Assembly: GCA_965205605.1 (NCBI GenBank)
Contig: CBDBHE010000007.1
Span: 1-64,000, forward strand
Length of the DNA: 64,000 nt
Origin: Spirochaetota bacterium
Lineage (GTDB): Bacteria > Spirochaetota > UBA12135 > COTS27 > CBDBHE01
Reading direction: 5' to 3'
Numbering within the stretch: position 1 is the first letter of the stretch; the number at the start of each line of letters is the position of its first letter. The translations under genes were made by a program, and so were the position numbers. The notes beneath the pieces are model-generated. The model was given only the letters and a program-made list of their open reading frames with translations. It had not been told where the DNA came from and did not search any database. Positions 10,818 through 20,708 of the stretch are shown here, piece after piece.

Positions 10818-12296
10818 TTACGTAAACCCTCTCATCATTTTTGAATAAGAATCTAAAAAAATGACACTACTTTCTGAAACTTCTCGACTAATCATTTGAG
10901 TATAATGTAAAGCTTCTAAAACCATTTCCATATAAATAAAATCTTCTGCTGTTTTATCTTTTGAGAGGAGCTGTTCTTTAATAAAAGATGAAAGCCCATC
11001 AATTTTTTTTAAAGCTGTTTCATAAGTAGATTGGCTCATCTCTTCTTTAAGAATAATTTCTTTACCAGAAGCAAAGAAATCTTTAATAAAGGAATACGGG
11101 TCTTTTAAATGATTTGAATCTTTTTTATCAAATTTGTTTTTTGGAATTTTTGGAAATATTCTAATGAATTCTCGGTAAATTCCTTCGCTAATAAGAAGTG
11201 TTGCAATTTTTTCTTGACCTTCCTTATCACCTTCATGAATTAGCTCCACTCTACCTGTGATAGAGGACACCATCGCATATAAATCCATTAAACGTGCCTT
11301 AGCCTTAGGCTTATCTTTTGAAATTAAAGCTCGCCTCTCAACACTAGAGCGTAAATTTTGATAAGCACAAATTGTCATCCTAGCTGAAACTCCCGAATGA
11401 TGATCGACATATTCACTTTCTCTTGCACAAAAACCAACTTGTTCTACAATATTTTTCATCACTTCTGGAATCTCAAAAGCTTCTTGACCTTCTTCAATTT
11501 GACTTTCTGTGATTTTTCTAGAAACGCCAATTGTTTTTGGATAATGAGTCATAATCTGACTACCAATTCGATCTTTTAAAGGAGTTACAATGCTCCCTCG
11601 ATTGGTATAATCTTCTGGATTCGCTGAAAAAGCTAAAAACATATCTATTTTTATACGTATAGGAAAACCTCTAATTTGAAGATCATTTTCTTCTAAAATA
11701 TTAAAAAGCCCTACTTGAATTCTAGGTTGAAGATCAGGCAGTTCATTAATAGCAAAAATACCTCTATTGGTTCTTGGGATTAGTCCCCAGTGAATGATTT
11801 CTTCATTACTAATATCTAGTTTTTCTCTGGCTGCTTTAATAGGATCGATATCCCCTATGAGATCAGAAATAGAAACATCAGGAGTCGCAAGTTTTTCTTG
11901 ATAACGTTCATCACGATGAATCCATTCAATAGGAGTGTCTCCTTGATATTTTTTAACCATTTCAACTGATTTAGGTAATATTGGAAAGTAAGGATCTTCA
12001 TTTAAAGGGGACCCTTCAATAATAGGGACATACTCATCTAAAAGATTTTTTAATGATCGAATAATTTTTGTTTTTCCTTGCCCCCTAAGCCCTAACAAAA
12101 TCACATCATGCTTTGAAAAAAGGGCATGAATTAATTGCTTAAAAACAGTTTTCTCATATCCTATAATATCGGGGATAAGGGTTTCTCCATTTTTAATTTT
12201 GTCAATGAGATTAACTCTCATTTCTTCTTTAACACTAAAACTCTTCCAAGATTGCTCTCGAAGAGAAGCTAAATTTTTAACTTTTTTTATTTTCAT
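10818..12296 (-). CDS. ChlI/MoxR-like AAA+ ATPase (magnesium chelatase-like family)
   Basis: Walker A GLRGQGKT, EKLATPD, DLIGDIDPIKAA, Walker B variant FAINELPDL, ANPEDYTNRG. Confidence 0.85.
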   Translation of the reverse strand: MKIKKVKNLASLREQSWKSFSVKEEMRVNLIDKIKNGETLIPDIIGYEKTVFKQLIHALFSKHDVILLGLRGQGKTKIIRSLKNLLDEYVPIIEGSPLNEDPYFPILPKSVEMVKKYQGDTPIEWIHRDERYQEKLATPDVSISDLIGDIDPIKAAREKLDISNEEIIHWGLIPRTNRGIFAINELPDLQPRIQVGLFNILEENDLQIRGFPIRIKIDMFLAFSANPEDYTNRGSIVTPLKDRIGSQIMTHYPKTIGVSRKITESQIEEGQEAFEIPEVMKNIVEQVGFCARESEYVDHHSGVSARMTICAYQNLRSSVERRALISKDKPKAKARLMDLYAMVSSITGRVELIHEGDKEGQEKIATLLISEGIYREFIRIFPKIPKNKFDKKDSNHLKDPYSFIKDFFASGKEIILKEEMSQSTYETALKKIDGLSSFIKEQLLSKDKTAEDFIYMEMVLEALHYTQMISREVSESSVIFLDSYSKMMRGFT

Positions 12297-12371
12297 TATA
12301 AATTATTTTAATTAGTGATGAGTTTACTACAAATAAAAAAAATTATCTTTTCTTATTTTTATAAACAAAAA

Positions 12372-12626
12372 CTAAATATCAAGTATCACTTCATCTTTTA
12401 AAATAGTGCATTGACATATTAGTCTTTCTCCTTCATTAAGCCCATATTCTTGCTCTTTGTTAGTTTCAGAGCTTAAGTTTTCCATCCCTTCTTTAATAAT
12501 AGTGATACAAGTACCACAATTTCCTTTTGTACACCCAAATGGGACTCCAAGTTCTTCAGCTTTTTCCTGTATCAAAGAACCATCTTCAATATCTAATGAT
12601 TCACTATTACTACTTATAATTGCCAT
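12372..12626 (-). CDS. 2Fe-2S ferredoxin
   Basis: GVPFGCTKGNCGTC...ERLICQC pattern; AGGGGG RBS upstream. Confidence 0.9.
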   Translation of the reverse strand: MAIISSNSESLDIEDGSLIQEKAEELGVPFGCTKGNCGTCITIIKEGMENLSSETNKEQEYGLNEGERLICQCTILKDEVILDI

Positions 12627-12676
12627 TATAAAAACCCCCTATTATCTGTTTATTGATTTTAAAAAATTAAAATACC

Positions 12677-13074
12677 CCTATTATTAGATGTAAGCCGGAT
12701 TCTGTTTACGAGGTTTATTTATCTATGTAATGTTAATTACTTAACAACTATAGCGATCCACCTTTGTCATAAGTAAGGATGAAAATCTTACTAGTTTTTT
12801 TAAAAAAAAAACTAATGACAACACTTGACCTTGCTCCAAACAGGGTTTACCATTCCGTTTTCATTGCTGAATAACGAGGGGGTCTCTTACACCTCCTTTT
12901 CACCATCACTTTCTTCAAAAAATGAAAAAAGCTGTTTTTTTTCTGTGGCACTTTCCATGTCTAAAAAATATCTTTTTTAAACTCCGGTTATTAACCGGTG
13001 TTTTTTTCAATGGAGTCCGGACTTTCCTCAATTAAGCAAATTAATCTTAATTACAAACCTCCTCTAATAATAGG
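12677..13074 (-). ncRNA. rnpB: RNase P RNA (bacterial type A)
   Basis: Minus strand has GAGGAAAGTCCGGACTCCA, GGAAAGTGCCACAGAAA, GGTAAACCC..GGAGCAAG and 3' ACAGAATCCGGCTTAC. P1 helix CCTATTATTAGA (12677-12688) pairs with TCTAATAATAGG (13063-13074). TATAAT -10 at 13081-13086. Confidence 0.96.
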
Positions 13075-13145
13075 AAAATTATTATACATTCAAAATAATA
13101 AAAAATGAGGCTAAAATAAAAAAGAAATAGTACTGATGACTATCT

Positions 13146-15311
13146 TTATTCAAATGACTGGAAAAATCTTAAATAGACACCTGGATAGGCTTTCAAAAAA
13201 CCCCTAAAAGCCTCACCTTGTATTTTAAATAAAAGGGTGTTAGGTTTAACAACACATTCCACTGATGACGGGAGATTTAAGTTAAAATCTCGATACCGCC
13301 CTATAAAATCACCCATTTTAAAATCACTAAAATAACCATTCTTATCTCGCTGAATCACTTCTCCAGAATGAAAAAAATAAATGTCTTTTAAAGACCCTTC
13401 TTTTTTAATCAGACTTGTCCTTTCATTAACTTTAAATCTTTTTAAAAGAACTTCTAGCTCTGTTTTTTGTACCGCTGTTAATTTATGAAAAAAATTAGTC
13501 GCTTTTAATGTATTCCAACTATCTTTATCACGATTAAGTGCCAGTTGTAATAACTTTTTCTCAATACTAGTCCCTTTAATAAGTTCTAAAAAAGAAACTT
13601 TGTTAATAGTAAATGATTCTATATCTGTTTCAGCATAAATATCCGCTGTTCTAGGTTTATTAAGCAAAATAGAAGTTTCCCCAAAGTATTGATAGTTTCC
13701 AAATCGTTTCTGTTCTGCTTCATGATTTCCTCCTTCTCCAACCACCCGAATTAACCCAGAAACAATAATATAAAATCGATCCCCAAGAGAGCCTTTTTTT
13801 ATAATTTGTTCCCCTTTTTTGATATTTTCTCTCTTTAAAAAAGAAACAACTTCTTTAAGTTGCTCAATAGAAAAATTCTTTAAAAAATCAACTTTTGAAA
13901 AAATATCCAAAATATTATAAACCTTTTGAAATTCATTTTCACCAACATTAATAATATAAGAAGCATTAATTCCAAATTTAGCTAAAGAAAGATTGGTTTT
14001 TTTTGGGAATTCTTTCTTAGGAATATGGTAAATAATTATTTTTTTTTGAATTTTTTCTGGTAAACTATTGAGGTAATCAATAGGAGTATGTAAAGGAGGA
14101 ATCCCTGATTCATGATAAATTACATCAGCTTCTTCAAAAGGAAAACTATTAAGCTCCTTATAACGTTCTTTAGAAATGATTCCTTTCTCTAAAAGTTCAT
14201 TGAATTTAACAGGATAATTTAAATGATCAGAGCTGTAAGCAAAAAGCTTCTCTCTATAACGAAAAGAAAAGCCAATAGTAGGAACAGAATGAAGAGTATA
14301 AAAAAACTTAAAAAATACGTTATGAATACTAATTTTAGAACCAATTAAAACAGGATGAAAATCAAAAAGACTAGTAAACTCTTTACGACTAACTCCAGCT
14401 AAAATAGAATACTTGTTAATCCAAGAATCCATAATGGTATTAGTCGTATAAATTTTTATCTTGTCTTCTAAAAGAATTTTTTGAAACGTTCCGGCGTCAT
14501 GATCTGCATGTGTATGCGTTAAAATAATAGAATCAATTAATTTTGAATTAACGTTAGATTTTTGCAACCACTCAATAGAATTAACAGGTGGATCAATGAT
14601 GACCCCAGATCCATTAAACCAAAGAATAAATCCAGAAGTATTACTTTTGGGATCAAACCCATGCGAGTACCCCAAGCAAGTCACTCCAAATGGAGGAGGG
14701 GTAAACACTTTATTAGACAAATGCCCTAAATCAAAATTAACTTTGTATTCAACTTCTCCAGAAACTACAATAGGGTTTTTAGAGTCAGCCGGATCAACAA
14801 TTTCATACTTGTCATTGAAATAAGAAATCTTACACCCGTCTACAACAACACTTTTAGACTTATTAAAAGTTTTAAACTCAATGACATCTTCAAAACGAAA
14901 GTTAACAAAAGAGTCCATCTCTGCTTTTAAGTTAGGAATTAAATGAAAACTTTCATTAGGATAATCATTTTTCAGATTAATTTCATCGGGTCCAAATAAA
15001 GATTCTTTCACCACTCTTTCAAAAAGAGAGCGGTGCTCTTCTAAACAAATAATAACGATTTTCTTTTTATTAATGAAAAAATTATAATAAAGAGGAAACT
15101 CAATCTCAGCAACTGAAATCCCTTTGTCTCGATGAAAAAAATTCTTGGGAAGGCAAAAAATCCTAGGAACTCCCTTTTCATAAAGCATCGTGTCTTTAAC
15201 TGTCTCCGGGGGAGAGCCTATTTGAACATAGCCAATAGACGTATCAATTAAATAACCTCCTCTAGGAAGAGTGATTACTTTAGTATCTTTAGGAAAAGTT
15301 TTTAAATTCAT
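13146..15311 (-). CDS. Metallo-beta-lactamase-fold cyclic nucleotide phosphodiesterase with two C-terminal cNMP-binding domains
   Basis: THTHADHDAG metal motif, LGYSHGFDP, IDPP, TLHSVPT, YSSDH; CNB domain YFGETSILLNKPRTA plus a second degenerate CNB. Confidence 0.8.
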   Translation of the reverse strand: MNLKTFPKDTKVITLPRGGYLIDTSIGYVQIGSPPETVKDTMLYEKGVPRIFCLPKNFFHRDKGISVAEIEFPLYYNFFINKKKIVIICLEEHRSLFERVVKESLFGPDEINLKNDYPNESFHLIPNLKAEMDSFVNFRFEDVIEFKTFNKSKSVVVDGCKISYFNDKYEIVDPADSKNPIVVSGEVEYKVNFDLGHLSNKVFTPPPFGVTCLGYSHGFDPKSNTSGFILWFNGSGVIIDPPVNSIEWLQKSNVNSKLIDSIILTHTHADHDAGTFQKILLEDKIKIYTTNTIMDSWINKYSILAGVSRKEFTSLFDFHPVLIGSKISIHNVFFKFFYTLHSVPTIGFSFRYREKLFAYSSDHLNYPVKFNELLEKGIISKERYKELNSFPFEEADVIYHESGIPPLHTPIDYLNSLPEKIQKKIIIYHIPKKEFPKKTNLSLAKFGINASYIINVGENEFQKVYNILDIFSKVDFLKNFSIEQLKEVVSFLKRENIKKGEQIIKKGSLGDRFYIIVSGLIRVVGEGGNHEAEQKRFGNYQYFGETSILLNKPRTADIYAETDIESFTINKVSFLELIKGTSIEKKLLQLALNRDKDSWNTLKATNFFHKLTAVQKTELEVLLKRFKVNERTSLIKKEGSLKDIYFFHSGEVIQRDKNGYFSDFKMGDFIGRYRDFNLNLPSSVECVVKPNTLLFKIQGEAFRGFLKAYPGVYLRFFQSFE

Positions 15312-15415
15312 TCGGACACAAAAATAATTTTAATGGGTTTAATTGAAAAAATCAAATTTTAAATCAAAAAAATCTCTAAGATAAAAATTCAATTAGAGAG
15401 ACTTCATAAATATCA

Positions 15416-15769
15416 TTAAATATAGCGACTAAGTTGATTATAAACTTGATTTGCAATATCAAATGATTTCGTTTCAGAAGATTTTTTAGCATATTCTTCT
15501 GTTAAAAAATCATCAAAAATCTCTTCCCCAAACCCTCCTTTAAAAAAAGAAGATTTGAAAACATTTTTTTTCATTTGTTTAAAAAGCATTTTAGTAAAAA
15601 TAGATTCCATTTCAATAGCGGCTTTCATCAGTTTTTTATCTTTGTTTTTTTCATTTTGAGTATTAGAAATCACTTCTTTTGAAAATTTCTTTTGAAAAAA
15701 AGCTGTGTCATCTTTCAAAAAAGAAGTTCTTAATTTGATCGCTTGAGATGAAGATGAAATCCTTAACAT
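15416..15769 (-). CDS. flgJ: Single-domain FlgJ rod-binding protein
   Basis: KLMKAAIEMESIF.KMLFKQMKK...GGFGEEIFDDFL.EEYA...IANQVYNQL rod-binding motif; directly downstream of flgI. Confidence 0.85.
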   Translation of the reverse strand: MLRISSSSQAIKLRTSFLKDDTAFFQKKFSKEVISNTQNEKNKDKKLMKAAIEMESIFTKMLFKQMKKNVFKSSFFKGGFGEEIFDDFLTEEYAKKSSETKSFDIANQVYNQLSRYI

Positions 15770-15788
15770 TTAAAAATTGTATAACGTT

Positions 15789-16778
15789 TTATCTAACGAT
15801 GATTTCAGCATTCATCGCCCCACTTTTATTAAGAGCGTCAAAAATAGAAATGATTTCTTTAGACCCAACTCCTAAAAGAAGAAGACCATCTGCCAATTCT
15901 TCGACGGTTGTATTTGAAGACAAAACAGATGATTGTTTTTCTTTATTATCTTCCTCAATTTGAACTTTTAAATCAGGAAGAAGCACTAAAGAAGAATCAA
16001 TTCGTACATTATTTCCTACAACAACCAAGCCTGTTTTTTTATCAATAATTACTTTTGGAATAGGGGTGATGTTAATTTCTAGATTCATAAACTTGGAAAT
16101 AATCTCATAAGTTAAATCCAAACCATTTTGATGATTAAGCTCAACTCTTTTATTATCAATAATTTTCAAATTAAGCTCATCTAAAGCTTCACTTACTTTT
16201 TTCTTAATAGACCAAACAACATCAAAAGAAGATTTTTTTAACATCAAATCAAGTTTTTTCCGATCTTGCAAGAGGTTTGCCATACTCCCAAAAGTTTTTT
16301 CTACTACCCCTCCAGAAAAAATCATTCCCCGACTCGAACTACCAACCCCCCCTGCATCAACAACACCTTCTGCAACAAGATACACTTGACCATCAGCTCC
16401 TTTTAAAGTTGTCATCAATAAAAAACCATTATCAATACTCGCTGCATCCCCTATAGAGGCCACATGCACATCAATCACATCTCCTTTATCGCTAAACCCA
16501 TCAATTTTAGCACTAACCGCTACTACAGCAATATTTCTCGTTTGTAGTCGATTTTCATTAACGCTAATCCCACTAAACTCTAGAAATTTCTTAAGACTTT
16601 TACGGCTCAATTCACTTCTACTATCTCCCGTACCAGAAAGACCAACAACAAGCCCATAACCTGAAAAATTATTTTTCTTCACTCCATTAATATAAACCAA
16701 ATTTTTGATTCTAGAAATATATTGAGAAAAAACAACATTAAACAATATCGTTACTACCAATAAAAACTTAAAGAACAT
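15789..16778 (-). CDS. flgI: Flagellar basal body P-ring protein
   Basis: RIKNLV.I.GVK.N.FSGYGLVVGLSGTGD, NIAVVAV, ASIGDA.S, LKGADGQVY, GAMNAEI. Confidence 0.92.
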   Translation of the reverse strand: MFFKFLLVVTILFNVVFSQYISRIKNLVYINGVKKNNFSGYGLVVGLSGTGDSRSELSRKSLKKFLEFSGISVNENRLQTRNIAVVAVSAKIDGFSDKGDVIDVHVASIGDAASIDNGFLLMTTLKGADGQVYLVAEGVVDAGGVGSSSRGMIFSGGVVEKTFGSMANLLQDRKKLDLMLKKSSFDVVWSIKKKVSEALDELNLKIIDNKRVELNHQNGLDLTYEIISKFMNLEINITPIPKVIIDKKTGLVVVGNNVRIDSSLVLLPDLKVQIEEDNKEKQSSVLSSNTTVEELADGLLLLGVGSKEIISIFDALNKSGAMNAEIIVR

Positions 16779-16838
16779 ATCGTTTTATTGATCGGTATTA
16801 AAGCTTAAATAAAAAGAAATTTTTATTAGGTGAAAAAA

Positions 16839-17831
16839 TTAATGAATCTTAATAACATTTTGTACTTTTTTTTCTTTTTTAAAAAGAAAGTGGTAAAGCT
16901 TAGTTTTATTCCCTAATGGGTCAAGAGCATAATAAAAAAAATGAGTTGTTTCTTTTATTTTTAAAAGACTTTCAAACAATTTAAAAGATTCTTTTTTTAA
17001 TGGCCCACTGTGATAATAAATTTGGTCACTTACTTTCTCTTTTTCAAAATTCACTTCAAGGCTTTCTTTTTTAAAATTAAAGACTTTATAACTCTCATTT
17101 AAAACAATTTTATTATCAACAAGTATTGCTACCTTCGGAGCTTTTTGATCCCAAAAGAGAGTAATGCGTTTAATTAAATTATTGTCTAACTCATCTGAAG
17201 TGCGAATTAATAAAGAATTATTAGGAACATTCAAATAAATGATTTCATTTGAAGTAATAGAGACATCATTAAAAAGAATACTCGCTTTTTTAATAGAAAG
17301 AAATTGATCAAAAAAAACAATTTGTGCCTTTGTTTTTGGAGAAACAAAAACTTTGTTTTCATCTTTCCAATAAGCAGGGCCAAAAAAATGAAGATAAAAA
17401 TAAGGAGCTTGATGATCAACAATTAGATGTATTTTTTTTTGTTGGGTTTTTCCTTGAATCAAAAAACTTGAAGAAGACTTAACAAAAAGGTAATATTTAT
17501 TATAATATTGTCTTTTCCCTTTAAGAATAAAACCCCCTTCTTTTAAAATTTTCTTGGGGTTGATTTCAAGCAAAGTATTTTTTTTAATATAATAAACATT
17601 ATCTTTAATAATAATTTCTTTATTTCTATTACGATATTTTTTTTTAGAAAGAACAAACTCTTCTTTATATTTTTTACCATTTTCAATATAAGTATTTTGA
17701 AAAGAAATCACATCACAAAATAAATTCGAATCTACAATTAAAAGGAAAAAAAATACTTTTTTTATTTTGTTTCTACTCAATATTATCTTCTTCAAAACAA
17801 CGCTTATAGTTACTTTTAACCACTTTCTCAA
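16839..17831 (-). CDS. Hypothetical exported protein with Ig-like (OmpL47-type) modules
   Basis: D..AP module boundaries (DHQAP, DQKAP) and (A/S)xDxLxN motifs (TSDELDN, YALDPLGN); start uncertain. Confidence 0.45.
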   Translation of the reverse strand: MRKWLKVTISVVLKKIILSRNKIKKVFFFLLIVDSNLFCDVISFQNTYIENGKKYKEEFVLSKKKYRNRNKEIIIKDNVYYIKKNTLLEINPKKILKEGGFILKGKRQYYNKYYLFVKSSSSFLIQGKTQQKKIHLIVDHQAPYFYLHFFGPAYWKDENKVFVSPKTKAQIVFFDQFLSIKKASILFNDVSITSNEIIYLNVPNNSLLIRTSDELDNNLIKRITLFWDQKAPKVAILVDNKIVLNESYKVFNFKKESLEVNFEKEKVSDQIYYHSGPLKKESFKLFESLLKIKETTHFFYYALDPLGNKTKLYHFLFKKEKKVQNVIKIH

Positions 17832-18522
17832 TTTTTTCTAAAAGTTTCTTTTTTGATTCAGGCGTTTTAAGTTGTGAATTTTTACAAGCAATAGGCTTAT
17901 TAATAATCATACGTGTCTTTTTAAAAGAAGAAATCAAGATACTATTTTTTTTACAGATTTCCCTAGTCCCATAAAGGCAAACAGGTAAAATATTAAATTC
18001 TTCAAGATAATAAGCTATTTTCAAAGCTCCTGTTTTAAAAGAGGAGATCCGACCATCAAAGCTGCGAGTCCCTTCTGGAAAGATAACAATAGAATGCCCT
18101 TTGGCTAGTTTTTGAGCTGCTTTTTTAATAGATTTAATTGCTTTTCTAGGTTTATTATTATCAATAGAAATGTGTCCTGCATTTTTCATGGACCAACCAA
18201 GAAATGGAATTTTAAAATAAAATTCTCTAGAAATAAACAAAAAAGAAAGTTTTAAAAAACTCATAACCATAATATCAAAAATAGACTGATGATTTGAAAC
18301 AACAATATAAGATTTTTTAGGATCATAATTTTCTTCGCCTTCAATGATAATTTCAGAACCACTTTGACGAAAAAAAAGTTGTAGCCAAAAATGAGAAGTT
18401 TCTTCAGCTTTTTTTAAAAAATTTTTTTTATGAATTGTTATTAAATAAAAATAACAATGTTGAAAAAAAATAATAGGAGCACAACTTAAAACAAAAACAA
18501 ACCAATAAATTGTTCTAAACAT
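17773..18522 (-). CDS. plsC: 1-acyl-sn-glycerol-3-phosphate acyltransferase
   Basis: SNHQSIFD (HxxxxD) and IFPEGTRS...FKTGA motifs. Confidence 0.92.
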   Translation of the reverse strand: MFRTIYWFVFVLSCAPIIFFQHCYFYLITIHKKNFLKKAEETSHFWLQLFFRQSGSEIIIEGEENYDPKKSYIVVSNHQSIFDIMVMSFLKLSFLFISREFYFKIPFLGWSMKNAGHISIDNNKPRKAIKSIKKAAQKLAKGHSIVIFPEGTRSFDGRISSFKTGALKIAYYLEEFNILPVCLYGTREICKKNSILISSFKKTRMIINKPIACKNSQLKTPESKKKLLEKIEKVVKSNYKRCFEEDNIE

Positions 18523-19075
18523 TATAAATTTCTTTTTCTGTAATAATCATATCAAGTGACCTATCATACAAATCAGCAACCCAAGTAGAAAGATATTGAA
18601 AATTAAAAAAACAACCTATTTTTAAAAAATGGTTATTTTTAGAGAAAAACCGATCGTAATACCCTCCCCCATAACCTAGACGATGTAGTGCTTTATTAAA
18701 TCCCAAACCACTCACAACAACAATATCAATCTCTTTATTTTTCACCTTCAAACTTCTCTCTTTAGGCTCTCTAATGCCTTTAAATCCTTTTACTAGATCC
18801 TTTTCCAAATTATGACATAAAAAAGGAACTATCGAAATATTACTGACAACTTTTGGGAAGGCAATTTTTTTATTTTGTTTTAATAAGTAGTTTGCTAAAG
18901 GGAAAATATCGACTTCTTTTTGAAAGGGGGCGTAAAATAATATCAAACGATATGGGTGTTTTTCAAGGATTTTTCTTAAAGAAAAACAAATATTACTTGA
19001 GGCTTTTTTATAAAAATCAGGCTGTAAATTTTTTCTCTTTTTAAGGTTTTTATTTCTAAAAAAATTCTTTTGCAA
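18515..19075 (-). CDS. ygfA: 5-formyltetrahydrofolate cyclo-ligase
   Basis: GIREP, DIVVVSGLGFN, RLGYGGGYYDRF, D.IITE motifs. Confidence 0.92.
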   Translation of the reverse strand: MQKNFFRNKNLKKRKNLQPDFYKKASSNICFSLRKILEKHPYRLILFYAPFQKEVDIFPLANYLLKQNKKIAFPKVVSNISIVPFLCHNLEKDLVKGFKGIREPKERSLKVKNKEIDIVVVSGLGFNKALHRLGYGGGYYDRFFSKNNHFLKIGCFFNFQYLSTWVADLYDRSLDMIITEKEIYNV

Positions 19076-19215
19076 AATTTTTATTTATAAAAAAAAATTC
19101 AATGAAAAAATCTTTAAAAAACTGCTCAATCGTGTCATTATGCTTTTTCTTGATAGTCTGGTAAATTTTTTAATTTATCTAAATACCTGTGTTTTTCTTT
19201 ATAAAACATAACTAA

Positions 19216-19865
19216 TTGTATCATTTTTTTAAAAAAAGGGAGTTTTGTCCATATTATCACTACAATAAAACCCACGAGTTTAAAACAAGAAAGCTTTACA
19301 ATTTTATAAGTGGTGCGATTTTTCATAGCAAAAAAAGGAATGTCAAATCTACAGTTAGCTGGGCGATTAGGTGTTATTCAAAAAACGACTTGATGTTTAA
19401 ATCATGAAGTAAAAAATATGATGGAGCGAGAGGTAGTTATTTTTTTAGTGAAGTAGAAATTGATGAGACATACATTGGGGTAAGGAGAAAAACAAGTGAA
19501 AGCCTATCAAATGGATAATGTTAATATTAAAGAAGTAAAAAAAAAAGTGTTTACTAATGTAAAAATCGATTCATCGGTTGTTGCTGATGATTTTAAAAAT
19601 CATCAGCCTTTAAAAGCAATGCTCAATGACTACAAAACCAATTATTCTAAAAAAGAATATATGAGGTTACAATGTTTTTCATACAAATACAATAGAGAGC
19701 TTTTGGTCTATCTTTAAAAGAGGGTACATAGGAATTTATTATTACTCAGAGAAACATTTGTAAAAATATGTGCTTGAGTTTTGCTTTAGATACAATAAGC
19801 TTCATTCAAAAGACATTTTATTGGATGATTTAAAGAAACTGACTTGACTTATAAGGCATTGCTAA
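19216..19865 (+). pseudogene. IS1595-family (ISXO2-like DDE) transposase pseudogene
   Basis: Fragments across frames: CPY..K Zn-ribbon remnant, GAIFHSK, GMSNLQLAGRLGVIQKTT*, EVEIDETYIG(G)KEKNK, NV..DS.VVADD, NTIESFWSIFKRGYIGIY..SEKHL*KYV.EFCFRYN, LTYKAL. Stops, frameshifts and internal deletions. Confidence 0.9.
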
Positions 19866-20708
19866 GTGAAAAAATTTGATAAAGTTTTAGAGAAGGTAGC
19901 AGGGATGCCTACTCACATTAAAATTTTTGCAAAACCATTTATAAAATGGGTAGGTGGTAAGCATGCTCTTTTAAAAGAGTTAAAGATTCACATACCAAAA
20001 AATTATAAAGACTATTATGAGCCTTTTCTTGGCGGTGGTGCATTGTTTTTTCATTTACAGCCTATGCGTGCTTTTTTATCAGATACCAATCTTGATTTAA
20101 TTATTACTTATAAAGTTGTTAAAGAAAATGTCATGGTTTTGATTGATCAGCTAAAAAAGTACAAGAAAAATCACAATAAGGAATTTTACTACAAAATAAG
20201 GACACAAAGAAACGAGCTTGATAATATTATTTTAGTAGCGTCAAGATTTATCTATCTAAATAAGACTTGTTACAATGGGCTTTATCGGGTTAACTCTAAA
20301 GGAGATTTTAATGTTCCTATAGGAAGTTATAAAAACCCTTTAATCTGTGATGTCAATACTTTAGAAAACGCAAATATTGTTTTAAAAAATAAAACAATAG
20401 AATGTAAAGAGTATCATAAAATTGAACCCTCTAAAAATGACTTTGTATATCTCGATCCGCCTTATGATGATTGTTTTAATGGGTATTCTAAAAATGGTTT
20501 TAATTTTGAAAAACAAAAAGAATTAAGTCTTTTTTGTAAAAGCTTGGATAAAAAAGGCGTGAAGTTTTTGCTATCAAATTCGGACACAGAGGATATAAAA
20601 AAGCTTTACAAAAATTTTAAAATTATCGAAGTTTCGAATATTCGAATGGTGAGTTGTAAAGGAAAAGGTAGGGGTAAGACTACAGAGCTTATGATAAAAA
20701 ACTATTAA
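19866..20708 (+). CDS. dam: Dam/DpnM-like N6-adenine DNA methyltransferase (D12 class)
   Basis: KPFIKWVGGK, YEPFLGGGA, YLNKTCYNGLYRVN..G.FNVP, YLDPPY, LLSNSD. Confidence 0.93.
   Translation: MKKFDKVLEKVAGMPTHIKIFAKPFIKWVGGKHALLKELKIHIPKNYKDYYEPFLGGGALFFHLQPMRAFLSDTNLDLIITYKVVKENVMVLIDQLKKYKKNHNKEFYYKIRTQRNELDNIILVASRFIYLNKTCYNGLYRVNSKGDFNVPIGSYKNPLICDVNTLENANIVLKNKTIECKEYHKIEPSKNDFVYLDPPYDDCFNGYSKNGFNFEKQKELSLFCKSLDKKGVKFLLSNSDTEDIKKLYKNFKIIEVSNIRMVSCKGKGRGKTTELMIKNY

Noticed and set aside
10818-12296. Walker B reading NE instead of DE as a sign of an inactive ATPase
   Set aside because: As I recall, INELPDL is the normal signature of this AAA+ subfamily, and Walker A is intact.
19076-19215. 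Possible 6S RNA upstream of ygfA
   Set aside because: No long imperfect hairpin with a central bubble is discernible; the region is occupied by AT runs and the IS end.
19138-19717. ORFs 19138..19326, 19216..19407 and 19496..19717 as independent small genes
   Set aside because: They are fragments of, or antisense to, the decayed IS1595 transposase.
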